Source: a virus
Taxonomy: Duplodnaviria; Caudoviricetes
Virus record (IMG/VR): IMGVR_UViG_3300047159_000056
Location: 32,001 to 96,000 of that record
Strand: one strand, 5' to 3'
Length of the DNA: 64,000 nt
Made by a program: the position numbers and the translations under genes
Notes under the pieces: generated by a model
Databases searched by the model: none
The model's input: the letters and a program-made list of their open reading frames with translations, nothing else
Told to the model about the DNA's origin: nothing
Shown here: piece after piece, positions 1-10,502 of the stretch
Layout: every line of letters begins with the position of its first letter
How positions within the stretch are numbered: the first letter of the stretch is position 1

Positions 1-558
1 GATGCAGAAAATAGTAGATTAGTTATTTCCTTCAATACTAACTTATTGCTTAAGTATTATCCAAATTTTTATGGTCTCTTGAATAAAGAAACCCAAGTAC
101 CTAGTGGTTTATCTATTAGTAAATCTGGAAAAAATACTGCCCTTATTACTTTTCCGGTAGGTAAGGGTCAAATAGGTGATAAGGAAAATGATAGAGTATA
201 TCTAGCTATTGATAAGAATAAGCTAACTAATATTATGAACGTTATTAATAGATTTATAACGGGAGCAATTAGAAAAGAATTAAATACAACAGAATTCTTA
301 CCTCTTGAAGGATATCCAGAGGGAGATATAAAAACCGATGTTGTAAAAGCAGTTGAAGGTAAACGTAATTTTTGTATAATAGATACATATGAAAATTATC
401 TTAAACAATGTAAAGACCGTGAGTATAACTACAATCAATATATGGTAGAATACGGAACGGATGAATACTATGATGTGGCAATAATGATAGAAACAGGAGA
501 ATTTAAAGATCTAGTTGAAAAATATAAATCTAAACTAGATAAAACATCCTGGCTATAA
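1..558 (+). CDS. hypothetical protein, 5'-truncated by window edge
   Basis: Frame is open from base 1 to TAA at 556-558; no recognised motif. Confidence 0.7.
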   Translation, partial: DAENSRLVISFNTNLLLKYYPNFYGLLNKETQVPSGLSISKSGKNTALITFPVGKGQIGDKENDRVYLAIDKNKLTNIMNVINRFITGAIRKELNTTEFLPLEGYPEGDIKTDVVKAVEGKRNFCIIDTYENYLKQCKDREYNYNQYMVEYGTDEYYDVAIMIETGEFKDLVEKYKSKLDKTSWL

Positions 559-570
559 AAAATAAAAACT

Positions 571-1149
571 ATGATAAATATTTCAGAAAATGTAACTGTA
601 CTGAGCCCGGGTGATAATTTTATAGATTCACCAGACTCATTAAAAATCTATCTTGCTGGTTGTATGTCAGCAATGGAAGGTGACCCATATGATTGGCAAA
701 GCAAATTTATAGACGGACTAAATAGACTTAGTAATCCATCTAGTCCACAAGCTCTTCTACAATTTAGAGGAAAAAAATTTATAGTTTGTAATCCAAGATC
801 AAATAAATCGGTCCCTGATAGAACAATGGATAACCCTGAATTTGTAACCTCGCAGAATTGGAAATATGATGCAATGGAATACTGTGACGGAATATTTTGT
901 AACTTCCTAAAAAAGAGTCAAGATGTTCTACCACTAGTTGAGTTTGGTTATATTATTAGATCTGGAAAGGCCGTTATTAGATGTCCAGAAGCTTATATGA
1001 ATTCTGGCATAATTAAATATAACTGCCAAAGATTTCAGATACCATATTTGCCAGAGGGAAGAGCAGGTGATGTATTATCTATTCTACAAACAATGTTCTC
1101 CTATGTACCAAGATTTCAGCAAGTACAAGGATTAAGTTTGCCAGAATAA
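571..1149 (+). CDS. nucleoside 2-deoxyribosyltransferase-like protein
   Basis: IYLAG...DWQ...NPR...CDGIF.F...LVEFG pattern typical of NDT-like (Nuc_deoxyri_tr2) proteins. Confidence 0.7.
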   Translation: MINISENVTVLSPGDNFIDSPDSLKIYLAGCMSAMEGDPYDWQSKFIDGLNRLSNPSSPQALLQFRGKKFIVCNPRSNKSVPDRTMDNPEFVTSQNWKYDAMEYCDGIFCNFLKKSQDVLPLVEFGYIIRSGKAVIRCPEAYMNSGIIKYNCQRFQIPYLPEGRAGDVLSILQTMFSYVPRFQQVQGLSLPE

Positions 1150-1156
1150 AAAAAAT

Positions 1157-1194
1157 AAAAGAGAGAAAACAATTTAAAGTTTCTCTCTTTTTTT
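1157..1194. terminator. bidirectional intrinsic terminator
   Basis: aaaagagagaaaac-loop-gtttctctcttttttt between convergent genes. Confidence 0.8.
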
Positions 1195-1202
1195 CGCTCT
1201 CC

Positions 1203-2957
1203 CTACATTATTAGAGCGAATAAGATAACTAGTATTGCTAATCCTCCAATGAATGATTGTAAGATATGCATAGTTAAGAATATTGAAAATCTCCCATACT
1301 TAAGATATAGGGAAAAATTGGTTATAATAAAATTCGCAGTAAATAAGAACATCACTCTACTGCCTGATACTAAGGGTAAACTAGAGTACCATATACCAGC
1401 TATTACAGATAGTATAGCTGATAAGAGTCCCATATCAAAATAATCCCTCTTCTTATCACCTAACTTTTCATCACAATTGAACATAACCATACAACCTAAG
1501 GATGAATATATCATGTTGAATATTCCTAAGATTGAAAAGATAAATATGTAATATGGATTTTCTTCACTATTCATAAATGCTAGGAGAGTAATAGTAGATA
1601 AGACCGAGCATATTAAAGTAATCTTCTCTAACTTATTAAACTCTTTTACCCTCTTTGCACCAGTTACTAACATTACTAACCAATCAAGATTATTAGTATA
1701 TTTTCCTAATAGTATTGGCAGGTTCTTCAAGTATTCAGCAAATTCATAATAGTTAACCCCTTTCTTCGTAGTAATATCACACTCATCTCTAGTTGATCCT
1801 AGACTATAACTTATATAACTTTTGCCAGATAAGAATATAGATCTCCTAGATAATTCAAAATTACAAGTATATCCTAGTCTGTTAGCAATATTACCAGAAT
1901 CAACAATAAGAGAACTATCAAGATTTACATAAAACTTTTCTGTAAATTCTTTTATTACATCATATCCACTATTAGAAACTATCTTATCTGTCACTAATCT
2001 TTTCCCTACATAATCTTTTGAATTAGGTCTAGGACAAAAATAGACATCTACTCCACAACTCTTTAAGGCAGTGATTTCATTATATCTCCTTATACTTATA
2101 TCTTCTGGAATAAATCTAATACTACCCAGATATACATAAGAACCTAAGGACATATTATAGACTACAAATGATATAATAGTTCCTCCCTTCTTGGAATATT
2201 CACTTGCTTCTTTATCTAATTTTTCTATAGTCCTATCTAAGAAATCACATCCTTCCTTTTTCTTATCCAAAAAACAATCACGCAAATCTTCTGGAGATCC
2301 CATTATCATTACATCATATCTTCCTTCTTTGTCAGATGGAAAATCACCAATAAGAAATGAACCTCTCTTTCTATCGTACTGATAAGAATTCCAACTCATC
2401 TTACCTGGAATACTTCTTAAAATATCTAATAAGACATCTCGGTAATTTTCATCTGGATATAATTTTTTTGATGCTAAGTATACATAATGAAGCATCCTAG
2501 TCTCTTCTATTCCACCACAAAGGGAATTATATACAGTATCATTAGTTAGTGTTGCACTACAATTAGCATCTGTATTTATCAAGTAGTAGTATGCAGTTAT
2601 CGCTTCTAAGAAACATCTATTTGCATATATATCAGAATTACTAAACTCTACACTACACTTATCAATATCTCTAAGGTAAGCATCTTCATCTAAGAGAAAA
2701 TATTTAGTATCTCCTACTATGTCATAACTCTTTTCTAGATCTTTAAAAACAGCATTAAATATTCTGCCATCTTTTTTTATCATGATCTTTTTAAATATTT
2801 CCGATCTATATAATAACGAAAATATTAAGCTAACCAAGACCATACTTGTTACTACTATTTCATTACCTAAGCATGTAGTCCAGATAGCTATAATAACAAA
2901 TATTAAGATCTCCGGAAAAATATTTATCTTTCCTAAACTATTATTATTAGTGCTCAT
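1203..2957 (-). CDS. degenerate P-type ATPase-like membrane protein (P/N domains + C-terminal TM helices)
   Basis: Remnants of type II ATPase motifs: FLLDEDAYL (DKTGT site), GGIEE, DRKR, MGSPE, YLGSIRF, LKSCGVDVYF; several C-terminal TM segments. Confidence 0.6.
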   Translation of the reverse strand: MSTNNNSLGKINIFPEILIFVIIAIWTTCLGNEIVVTSMVLVSLIFSLLYRSEIFKKIMIKKDGRIFNAVFKDLEKSYDIVGDTKYFLLDEDAYLRDIDKCSVEFSNSDIYANRCFLEAITAYYYLINTDANCSATLTNDTVYNSLCGGIEETRMLHYVYLASKKLYPDENYRDVLLDILRSIPGKMSWNSYQYDRKRGSFLIGDFPSDKEGRYDVMIMGSPEDLRDCFLDKKKEGCDFLDRTIEKLDKEASEYSKKGGTIISFVVYNMSLGSYVYLGSIRFIPEDISIRRYNEITALKSCGVDVYFCPRPNSKDYVGKRLVTDKIVSNSGYDVIKEFTEKFYVNLDSSLIVDSGNIANRLGYTCNFELSRRSIFLSGKSYISYSLGSTRDECDITTKKGVNYYEFAEYLKNLPILLGKYTNNLDWLVMLVTGAKRVKEFNKLEKITLICSVLSTITLLAFMNSEENPYYIFIFSILGIFNMIYSSLGCMVMFNCDEKLGDKKRDYFDMGLLSAILSVIAGIWYSSLPLVSGSRVMFLFTANFIITNFSLYLKYGRFSIFLTMHILQSFIGGLAILVILFALIM

Positions 2958-3663
2958 AATTATCCTCTCCTTCTTTAAAAAATTGAGTATATAAGTAACA
3001 ATACTCTCCTGTTCTAACTACTCTTCCAATTATATAATTTCCTTTATCTGTACTGGTAAATTCAAGATAAGTTCCAGCAAATAACATCTCTCTATATTTT
3101 ATTCTAGATGGATCATTACTAGTAGAATAAGAAATAGTAATTGGATGATTTAAGCATACGGGATTAGCATGTTTTGTTATATTAGCCAAGTTTATAGATC
3201 CTAAGAGTGTTTCATCTATAAAATAATCACACCTATTTCCACTAGTAGGATCTTGTGATATTTCTCCAATTATAATATCTGCTGGAATAGTCCAAACACT
3301 TCTACTGGCATCTAATTTCAATAAGTCACCAGTACGCAGATTTTCCCAAGGTACTTCTATCCATTCTCCATCCTTACTAATTTTATATGTTGTTCCTTCA
3401 TCTGGTCTAGGCCAAAATTCCTTACCTGACTTCATATTAGAATCAGTAACCTTGTAATATAATAACCTAAATACTAAGACAAAGGCTACAAATATACAAA
3501 TGCTTAAGAGAATTATTAAGAGACTATTAACTTTCCAATCAATAAGACTCACTAAAATTGGTCCTAAGATAACTCCAGAACAAGGGGCTGCGGCTATTAA
3601 AACTTTTATTAAAACTCCTTTAAATTTTTCTTTGCTACTTTCCATTTTTATTTTCTTTTTCAT
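2947..3663 (-). CDS. P-type ATPase actuator-domain protein with 2 TM helices
   Basis: VPWENLRTGDLLKL..IPAD..IDETLLGS..LFAGT..GRVVRTG matches the E1-E2 ATPase A-domain; TGES lost. Confidence 0.7.
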   Translation of the reverse strand: MKKKIKMESSKEKFKGVLIKVLIAAAPCSGVILGPILVSLIDWKVNSLLIILLSICIFVAFVLVFRLLYYKVTDSNMKSGKEFWPRPDEGTTYKISKDGEWIEVPWENLRTGDLLKLDASRSVWTIPADIIIGEISQDPTSGNRCDYFIDETLLGSINLANITKHANPVCLNHPITISYSTSNDPSRIKYREMLFAGTYLEFTSTDKGNYIIGRVVRTGEYCYLYTQFFKEGEDNYEH

Positions 3664-3717
3664 TTAAAATAAGGAATGGAATGGAATCCTTAATTATGAT
3701 ATAAAAATTTAAAAACT

Positions 3718-5304
3718 ATGGAAGAGAAAATCTTAATAGAAAATTCAAAATTAGTGATTAAAAAAATTATTAGTGGACCAAATACAAGTGGTTCTACAAA
3801 TTCCCCGGATATTATTGTTAAGCTAGATCTTGACAATATACAGGATATTAGTAGACCTTGTGTTGTGGCAACTTTTAAACATGAGAAAGACGGAACAATT
3901 AGAGACATCCTAAATGCTAGTTCTAAGTTTGCAGAGATTGGAAGTACTGGTATAGAATTTCGCTGTGACTTTGTAGGAGATGAGTTTTGGGTTCTTGAAA
4001 AATCTAAGAAACTAGAAAAGAATCCTCAACAATATTCTAATCATGATATAGCCGTAATAGCAGAAATGATTAAGACACTATACAATCCAAAGAACATAAC
4101 TAAGTGTGAAACCTTAGTCAGAGCCCTTGGAATAGATGACTTAACTGATGCTTTCTATAAGACACCAATGTTCTTTATTAATAGAGCAGATAATTCTTTT
4201 GGAGAAATACTGAAGAATATCCTAGTTGATTCTATTAGTAAAGATGATAAAGAGATTAAGAGAAATAAAACCTTCTTAAATAGAGAAACCTATAGTAGAA
4301 GTAGATATTCTGTTTATCACTTAATGAAAGACATTGTAGAGGATGGCGCCAGTATTATGATTAGCAAAGATCTAACTGGTGAATATAATAAAATCAGTAA
4401 GTCAGGAACACAAGGTTGGAAATTTGCTGCTACCTGGATGAAAGTTATAAACCTCCTAGGTAACAGAGAAAGAGCCAATATGAGTTTTAAATGTTCCTAT
4501 TCTGTTACAATAAAAGTACCGGAGAATAAAAAACTTGGTGTTGCAGCAGATGAGAGAGAACTAAACACAATTATCAACCTGAATATTATAAAGGATGGAT
4601 TGGTAAATATTGATAGCATTGGAATAAAAGGATCTAAAGAATTTATACAGAAACTAAAGAGAAAACATATAGTGGAATTCAATATCTTATATGAGAATGA
4701 AGTCCTGGTTGATCTCAAGAAGCTTCCAATTATTAGTAGATCCGATATTAGAAGACCTAGTATACAATTGCTAAGCGAACTGGTAAAAAATATAGAACTG
4801 TCAAGAATAGCCGCTAAGTTTTATGAATTAACTAAGCCGGCACCTAAGAAGACGGCCAAAGAAAAATACCTGGAAAGTCTTGGTATATATGGTAGCTGGT
4901 ATTTTAAGAAACAACAACCAGCAGTTCCAGCAACATATACTTATAATGCAACAACACTATGCTCGAACAACTCCCTCAAGTCTATTTCAACTGCAGATAT
5001 CTCAAAGTATACCAAAGGAATTAGAACTGCACAAATAAAAACAATATCTAATTTCCTGGATAATCTTTGCAGAATAAATCCAGAAAGGGAATATAAACTC
5101 TGGAGTGAAAAACATGAGGACTTAGTTCAAGATTATAGGAAGTATGTATTTGAGTTGATCCTTGGAAAAAATCTGAAACTTAAAGATATTAGAAAAAATA
5201 AAAATATCAAGATAGAGGGTTTATCCACATATGTTAGAGACTATAGAATAACTAACTATGTCAAGGTAAACTGGAATATAAAGGTTAAATCAATTGAAGT
5301 TTAA
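3718..5304 (+). CDS. hypothetical phage protein (528 aa)
   Basis: Long ORF preceded by ccttaattatg promoter motif and followed by a terminator. Confidence 0.8.
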   Translation: MEEKILIENSKLVIKKIISGPNTSGSTNSPDIIVKLDLDNIQDISRPCVVATFKHEKDGTIRDILNASSKFAEIGSTGIEFRCDFVGDEFWVLEKSKKLEKNPQQYSNHDIAVIAEMIKTLYNPKNITKCETLVRALGIDDLTDAFYKTPMFFINRADNSFGEILKNILVDSISKDDKEIKRNKTFLNRETYSRSRYSVYHLMKDIVEDGASIMISKDLTGEYNKISKSGTQGWKFAATWMKVINLLGNRERANMSFKCSYSVTIKVPENKKLGVAADERELNTIINLNIIKDGLVNIDSIGIKGSKEFIQKLKRKHIVEFNILYENEVLVDLKKLPIISRSDIRRPSIQLLSELVKNIELSRIAAKFYELTKPAPKKTAKEKYLESLGIYGSWYFKKQQPAVPATYTYNATTLCSNNSLKSISTADISKYTKGIRTAQIKTISNFLDNLCRINPEREYKLWSEKHEDLVQDYRKYVFELILGKNLKLKDIRKNKNIKIEGLSTYVRDYRITNYVKVNWNIKVKSIEV

Positions 5305-5359
5305 AAATATAAATAGAAAGTAGGGAGAAAAACTCTACTTTCTTTTCCTTATTCTTGAT

Positions 5360-6259
5360 ATGAAAACATTTAAAGACGTAGAAGTTGGAGATAAAATTTA
5401 TATAGCAATAAAAGGAGTGTTTGGCAGAATTCCTAGTAGATATATAATACAGGATGATCTTATTCTTGAAACAGCAAAAGTGAAAAAAATATTAGATGAC
5501 AAAAGAACACTCATTATCGAACATGGAAAAGAACAGGTAGAAGTAGAAAACCCTATTATCTTAGGACATATTAACTTAAGAAATAGTGTACATTATGCTA
5601 TGCCTTTTGATACTATTATTGATGGCAAGCCTATTTCTTGTAATCTGGTAGCTTGTTCTTGTGCTGAATCATTTATAAAATATGTGATAAATGAAAACAT
5701 AGAATCATTAGCTTCTAGAAGTAGAGATATTATGGACTATACCTTTTCTAAATATAATCCAGTAAAAGAAAATATAGACCAGCTAATAGATACAATGCTA
5801 AAAATACCTAGTTCAAATGATAAGCTAAAAGTAGGAGATACTGTTTATGGATTTCTTACAGTAACAGTATACTCAACAAATGAACCTATACAAAGTCTAA
5901 TTGATGTTGTTCCTGTAAATCTAGAAATAATAGATATCTTGGATGAAAATGGATCAGAATATAAGTTATTGGGAAAAGATAGTAATGGTGCAACTTATGA
6001 AGGAACAGCTTGGAGACCAAATCTAAGTGTATATGGTATGTGTTCTTTTGTTGGATCTGAGCTGGAAAAATTTAATGCTATTTGTATTAATTCGGAAGGG
6101 GCAGTAAAATATCTTAGATGCCTTTTATCAACTAATATACCTGGAGCCTATCAAAGACAATTAGATAGCTTTGATTCTAGGAATGAGATAAGAAAATGCA
6201 TTGAACTAATAGATGGACTAGAAAAATTAAAGGAAAAATATGAGAAGGAAACTATTTAA
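5360..6259 (+). CDS. hypothetical protein, paralog of next gene
   Basis: FKDVEVGDKIY and LKVGDTVYG internal repeat, shared with 6240..7145. Confidence 0.8.
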   Translation: MKTFKDVEVGDKIYIAIKGVFGRIPSRYIIQDDLILETAKVKKILDDKRTLIIEHGKEQVEVENPIILGHINLRNSVHYAMPFDTIIDGKPISCNLVACSCAESFIKYVINENIESLASRSRDIMDYTFSKYNPVKENIDQLIDTMLKIPSSNDKLKVGDTVYGFLTVTVYSTNEPIQSLIDVVPVNLEIIDILDENGSEYKLLGKDSNGATYEGTAWRPNLSVYGMCSFVGSELEKFNAICINSEGAVKYLRCLLSTNIPGAYQRQLDSFDSRNEIRKCIELIDGLEKLKEKYEKETI

Positions 6260-7145
6260 GGACATTAAAGCGGGAGATACTATTTATGCCTCAATCGGTT
6301 GTAAAGAATCATCAAAGTTAGTTGCACTATATAACCTGGAAAGACTTCACTGGAAAATGACAGTTAAAGAGACATGCCCAAATAAATATAGCGACATGAA
6401 AATAAATATAGTTCTAGAATATCCTAAGGAACTAAAAAAAGAAGTTACAATTCTAGACTTATATCAGAAGGATTATACAGCAGATAGACAAGTACTAATG
6501 ACGATAAATAGTGGAAGTAACTTGGATTTTAATATTAGATTCTGCACTGATCCTCATGATTTTGCCAATGAACTATTAAAGACTGAACTAGATGAAACCT
6601 GTGAAGCCTATAAAAAATGGTTAGACGATAAACTGGGATGGCCTATACTTCAAAAATCTATAATAGACAGTTCAATAGATAAATTATTAGCTTTTCCTAG
6701 TAGTGATAAGAAATACTATGACCTAAAAGTTGGAGATACTGTTTATGGAGTTAAGAATGAAGTAATAACAGATGGACATCTTTCTTTAACTGGATATGAA
6801 GAGGTTGAGATAAAAGTAAAATTAATTACAGATAAAATCTTTGAACTAGAATATTTTGACTGTAATACTGAAAGATTAATCTCTAGTTATTTCAAAGCGG
6901 ATGATAGTAATAGATTAGAAGAAATTACAGGTCCAGAAAATACATTCCCTAAATTTTATGATATTAGAAAAGTATATATAAACCCAAAAGATATGATAGG
7001 GAATCTTTTAAAGGATATAAGAGAAGAATTTAGTAGATCATATGTAGCTACACATTTTTATGACTTACAAGAAAAACTCTTAGGATATATGAGCTTAGTT
7101 AGGAAAATAGAAAATGAGATAGATAATTATAATCAGGCAATATGA
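6240..7145 (+). CDS. hypothetical protein, paralog of previous gene
   Basis: FKDIKAGDTIY, ID.LL.FPSS.D, LKVGDTVYG. Confidence 0.8.
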   Translation: MRRKLFKDIKAGDTIYASIGCKESSKLVALYNLERLHWKMTVKETCPNKYSDMKINIVLEYPKELKKEVTILDLYQKDYTADRQVLMTINSGSNLDFNIRFCTDPHDFANELLKTELDETCEAYKKWLDDKLGWPILQKSIIDSSIDKLLAFPSSDKKYYDLKVGDTVYGVKNEVITDGHLSLTGYEEVEIKVKLITDKIFELEYFDCNTERLISSYFKADDSNRLEEITGPENTFPKFYDIRKVYINPKDMIGNLLKDIREEFSRSYVATHFYDLQEKLLGYMSLVRKIENEIDNYNQAI

Positions 7146-7762
7146 TAAACTATATAATTGGAGATATATTTAATTCTGGAATGCAAACTATAGTAAATCC
7201 AGTAAATACACAAGGAGTAATGGGATCTGGTCTAGCATTATATTTCAGAATCTTATTACCAGGAATGTACAAAGATTATAGAGAAATTTGTAAGAAAAAA
7301 CTCCTAAAACCTGGTACACTCTGGTTATATAATTATGCTAAGAGATGGAGAGTACTATGCTTCCCTACTAAAGAAAGTTGGATGTCCTCTAGTAGCTATA
7401 CCATAATTGAACAAGGGCTACAAAAATTTATTAGTACCTATAAAGAAAAAGGAATAACTAGTGTAGCCTTTCCAATCCTAGGTGCTGGTCTGGGAAAACT
7501 AGATAATAAAACAGTCCTGGGAATTATGAGAAGATACCTGGAACCACTAGATATACCAGTAGAAATTTGGTCACATAGGAAAGGAGATGGAGACTTTATC
7601 TTGGAGGAAATAAAAAAGAGAAGCGATCCTAGAAAACCTATATACCAAGACTACTGTAAGTTCACTAGAATAAGAGACTATGTTGAATCAATTCCAGATA
7701 TGACGAAAGATGAAATGTACGAGGATATAGGACATTACTTGGAATTTGATACGAAAAAATAA
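7142..7762 (+). CDS. macrodomain ADP-ribose glycohydrolase (Poa1p/DarG-like)
   Basis: GDIF..TIVNPVNTQGVMGSGLA..FPTK..W..SVAFPILGAGLG. Confidence 0.9.
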   Translation: MINYIIGDIFNSGMQTIVNPVNTQGVMGSGLALYFRILLPGMYKDYREICKKKLLKPGTLWLYNYAKRWRVLCFPTKESWMSSSSYTIIEQGLQKFISTYKEKGITSVAFPILGAGLGKLDNKTVLGIMRRYLEPLDIPVEIWSHRKGDGDFILEEIKKRSDPRKPIYQDYCKFTRIRDYVESIPDMTKDEMYEDIGHYLEFDTKK

Positions 7763-7808
7763 AATAAAAGAGTAGATTTTAATTTCTACTCTTTCTTTTT
7801 TTTTCATC

Positions 7809-8090
7809 TCATCCTTGGTTATTAATGAGATATTCAAACTTATATTTTCTACAAGCCCTATGTAGGTTTTTTCTAGTGTCCCTTAATTTTCTTAGACGAC
7901 CTATAATAGAACATAATGCATCCGAATCTAAGAACTCTCTATTCAGTTTTAGGTTAGACACAATTAGTTTAACTTCAAGGTCAGTCTTAGAGACCCTACT
8001 TGCTGCATTCATCCATCTTCTCTTGTAATAAGATGCTCTCTTGTTCTTAATTTCTCTCATAAGTTTTTTATTTTTTAAAGGGGAAGACAC
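7809..8090 (-). CDS. basic hypothetical protein
   Basis: ORF in a minus-strand operon ending at a bidirectional terminator (7766-7804). Confidence 0.6.
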   Translation of the reverse strand: MSSPLKNKKLMREIKNKRASYYKRRWMNAASRVSKTDLEVKLIVSNLKLNREFLDSDALCSIIGRLRKLRDTRKNLHRACRKYKFEYLINNQG

Positions 8091-8114
8091 TATTATCCTC
8101 CCCTCCTATTTTTA

Positions 8115-8786
8115 TTACATATCAAAAGACTGCCACTCTAATCTCTTAATAGCACGATTCATATCAGAGTTCTTTGTTCTTCCATTAAACGTAATAGAAC
8201 TACAACTCTCTGGAACCGGCATAGGATTAGATAAGCAAATATCAAGATTATTGTATACTGCATCTGGAACCATCGTAATAGATTCCCCTTCTTTGTCACC
8301 CTCTAACTTATAAACTATAAAGTGATTCAAATCTAAAAGTACATCTATATAACGACCTGGATAAAAATGATAACACTTCCATCTAAGATCATCACGAAGA
8401 TTAACTATAATAGACTTCTGAATGTTATTATCACTACCCATCTCTAAGGCAGGAAATAATTCAGGACCTCTACCATAAATAACCGGATTCTCCTTTCTCA
8501 AGAATCCCTCAAGATACACTTTACTCTTCTCTTCAATATTCTCTCTACTGTGATCAAGAATAGTAGACATAACATCTATACTTCTCATATTCTTCTCAGT
8601 AGCCGAGAAATCTGAACTCTTAGTAATCTCACTTATTTTTTCTAAAGATACTAAGGGAATACATTTTTTACTAAGACCAGGACTAGTAATCTGATATAAA
8701 TAAACAGACGTACCTAGACCTTGATTGTTAAGAAACATTGGATAATAGTTACCAAGTAAACTACACTTCATGCAATATTTTCTCAT
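8115..8786 (-). CDS. hypothetical protein
   Basis: 223-aa ORF overlapping the infA stop (ATGA coupling). Confidence 0.75.
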   Translation of the reverse strand: MRKYCMKCSLLGNYYPMFLNNQGLGTSVYLYQITSPGLSKKCIPLVSLEKISEITKSSDFSATEKNMRSIDVMSTILDHSRENIEEKSKVYLEGFLRKENPVIYGRGPELFPALEMGSDNNIQKSIIVNLRDDLRWKCYHFYPGRYIDVLLDLNHFIVYKLEGDKEGESITMVPDAVYNNLDICLSNPMPVPESCSSITFNGRTKNSDMNRAIKRLEWQSFDM

Positions 8787-9070
8787 TTCTTCTTTTTGTT
8801 ATTTTTGTTATTACTATTAGATGAACTTAATACAGGTCTATTCGAAGCAGTAATCCTTTGAAAAATTCTACCCTTCGTAAGATCATAAGGACTCATCTCT
8901 ATCTTAACTCTATCTCCAGCCATAATCTTAATGTAATTCTTCCTGATCTTACCAGAAATTGTACATAAGATTAAACTGTCATTATTTACATTGTCTAAGG
9001 CTACCCTAAACATAGAATTTCCTAGCTCTTGTTTAACAGTTCCCTCAAATTGAAGACTCTCTTGTTTCAT
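8783..9070 (-). CDS. infA: translation initiation factor IF-1
   Basis: [55 protein letters not shown]. Confidence 0.95.
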   Translation of the reverse strand: MKQESLQFEGTVKQELGNSMFRVALDNVNNDSLILCTISGKIRKNYIKIMAGDRVKIEMSPYDLTKGRIFQRITASNRPVLSSSNSNNKNNKKKK

Positions 9071-9108
9071 TTTCTCTTTCTTTACATATATAAGAATTTA
9101 GTAAGCTT

Positions 9109-9528
9109 CTAATCGTCAATTTGTACCTTTATTCGCTTCTTTACACTGTTAAATCGAATCTTTGTTCCTCCTAAGAGCTCCCTTACACGATCTAAATCCT
9201 CCTTTAGGTACTTATTGGAATTCTCAAACTTGGTAAGAGATATCAATTCAACCGTAGCTAAACTAAACCTCCTCTTGACACCATCAGCATCTTTCAAAGA
9301 CTTACAAATAAATAGATGACCACCAGTAATCTTCTGTATATCGGAAAATTCTGGCAACTTACTACTCTCCATATTAAACCGAATTTCTACATACTGCTCA
9401 AAAGACTTACAAACCTCTTTCTCAGATTCTGGCGTCCTCTTTAACTCTATGTAGTCATTCTCATAATACCTGAGAGTCTCATTAACTTTTCTAACAATCT
9501 CCTTTATTGTATTCTCTATACCGCTCAT
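9109..9528 (-). CDS. hypothetical protein
   Basis: ORF with minus-strand ccttataattg promoter motif just upstream (~9545-9556). Confidence 0.75.
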   Translation of the reverse strand: MSGIENTIKEIVRKVNETLRYYENDYIELKRTPESEKEVCKSFEQYVEIRFNMESSKLPEFSDIQKITGGHLFICKSLKDADGVKRRFSLATVELISLTKFENSNKYLKEDLDRVRELLGGTKIRFNSVKKRIKVQIDD

Positions 9529-9606
9529 ATATTTCTTTAAAATTTCAATTATAAGGAATTCACTCCAAATCCTTATCTAAAAGAAGCAATTCAAAATAAT
9601 AAAAAA

Positions 9607-10047
9607 ATGGAACAAAAAGAAAATTTTAAAACAGTGGTAAAAGACTACTGGGAAAAAAGTAATTTCTGGAGGAGCTTGATAAAAAATATAGCCCTCCTAG
9701 TAGTATTCTTATATAAGATGGTAAGAGTACTAATGTTAAAAATTAAAGCAAAAATAGTTAAATATCCTATACCTTTTTTGATAGGATGTGTAACAATTTT
9801 GATCCTAACAAACATATATACTTTTGTAAAATGGAAAGTCGGAGAGAAAAATGAGGATCAAACTTCCTATATAATTAAAACTAAAATCGATTCCGCAAGG
9901 ATCAATGCCTATAGCGAGGGTTATGAAGACGGTAAAAAAATAAAACCAATAGTAATCCCCAAAGTAGAAGAGGAAAAACCAATTCCTAAGAAAATATTTA
10001 GGAAGAAAGATAAAATAGGAAGCGAAGAAAAGAAAGACTCAGTTTAA
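9607..10047 (+). CDS. membrane protein
   Basis: Two hydrophobic segments; A-rich start context. Confidence 0.7.
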   Translation: MEQKENFKTVVKDYWEKSNFWRSLIKNIALLVVFLYKMVRVLMLKIKAKIVKYPIPFLIGCVTILILTNIYTFVKWKVGEKNEDQTSYIIKTKIDSARINAYSEGYEDGKKIKPIVIPKVEEEKPIPKKIFRKKDKIGSEEKKDSV

Positions 10048-10193
10048 CGATGTTTCTTTTTACTATATGTTTTTTAGTTGGAGAAGAGGAATCTAATAAT
10101 GGTTCCCTTCTTTTTCCTTCCAAAAACTATATAAAACCCTTATTAATGAAAAGGAAGATAATAATGTCTTTCCTTAATTTAAAAGATAGAAAA

Positions 10194-10301
10194 ATGATTA
10201 AAAAAATTAAAAGATTCTTTTTTACAGCAAAAAAGAACTGTAGAACTGAAAAAGAATTAAGAGAAAACGGGATTTGGGTTAATGACCTGAATCAATTCTA
10301 A
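10194..10301 (+). CDS. small early protein (35 aa)
   Basis: ATG right after promoter/leader hairpin; terminator follows. Confidence 0.55.
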   Translation: MIKKIKRFFFTAKKNCRTEKELRENGIWVNDLNQF

Positions 10302-10400
10302 ATAAGACAGAGGAAATAAAAATCCTCTGTTCTTTTTTTTTCACCTAGAACCCTTATATATGAAAGATAATAGTGTCTTTCGTTAATTTAAAAATAAAAT

Positions 10401-10502
10401 ATGATAGAATTAGTTTTAGCCTACACAGTAGCAGGCGTAGTGTTCTTAATAGTATGGAACACTTTTGTTAATCTATACGACAAAAATATAAAAAATAGAT
10501 AG
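10401..10502 (+). CDS. small membrane peptide (33 aa)
   Basis: MIELVLAYTVAGVVFLIVWNTF..., follows promoter/leader, abuts next ATG. Confidence 0.6.
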   Translation: MIELVLAYTVAGVVFLIVWNTFVNLYDKNIKNR

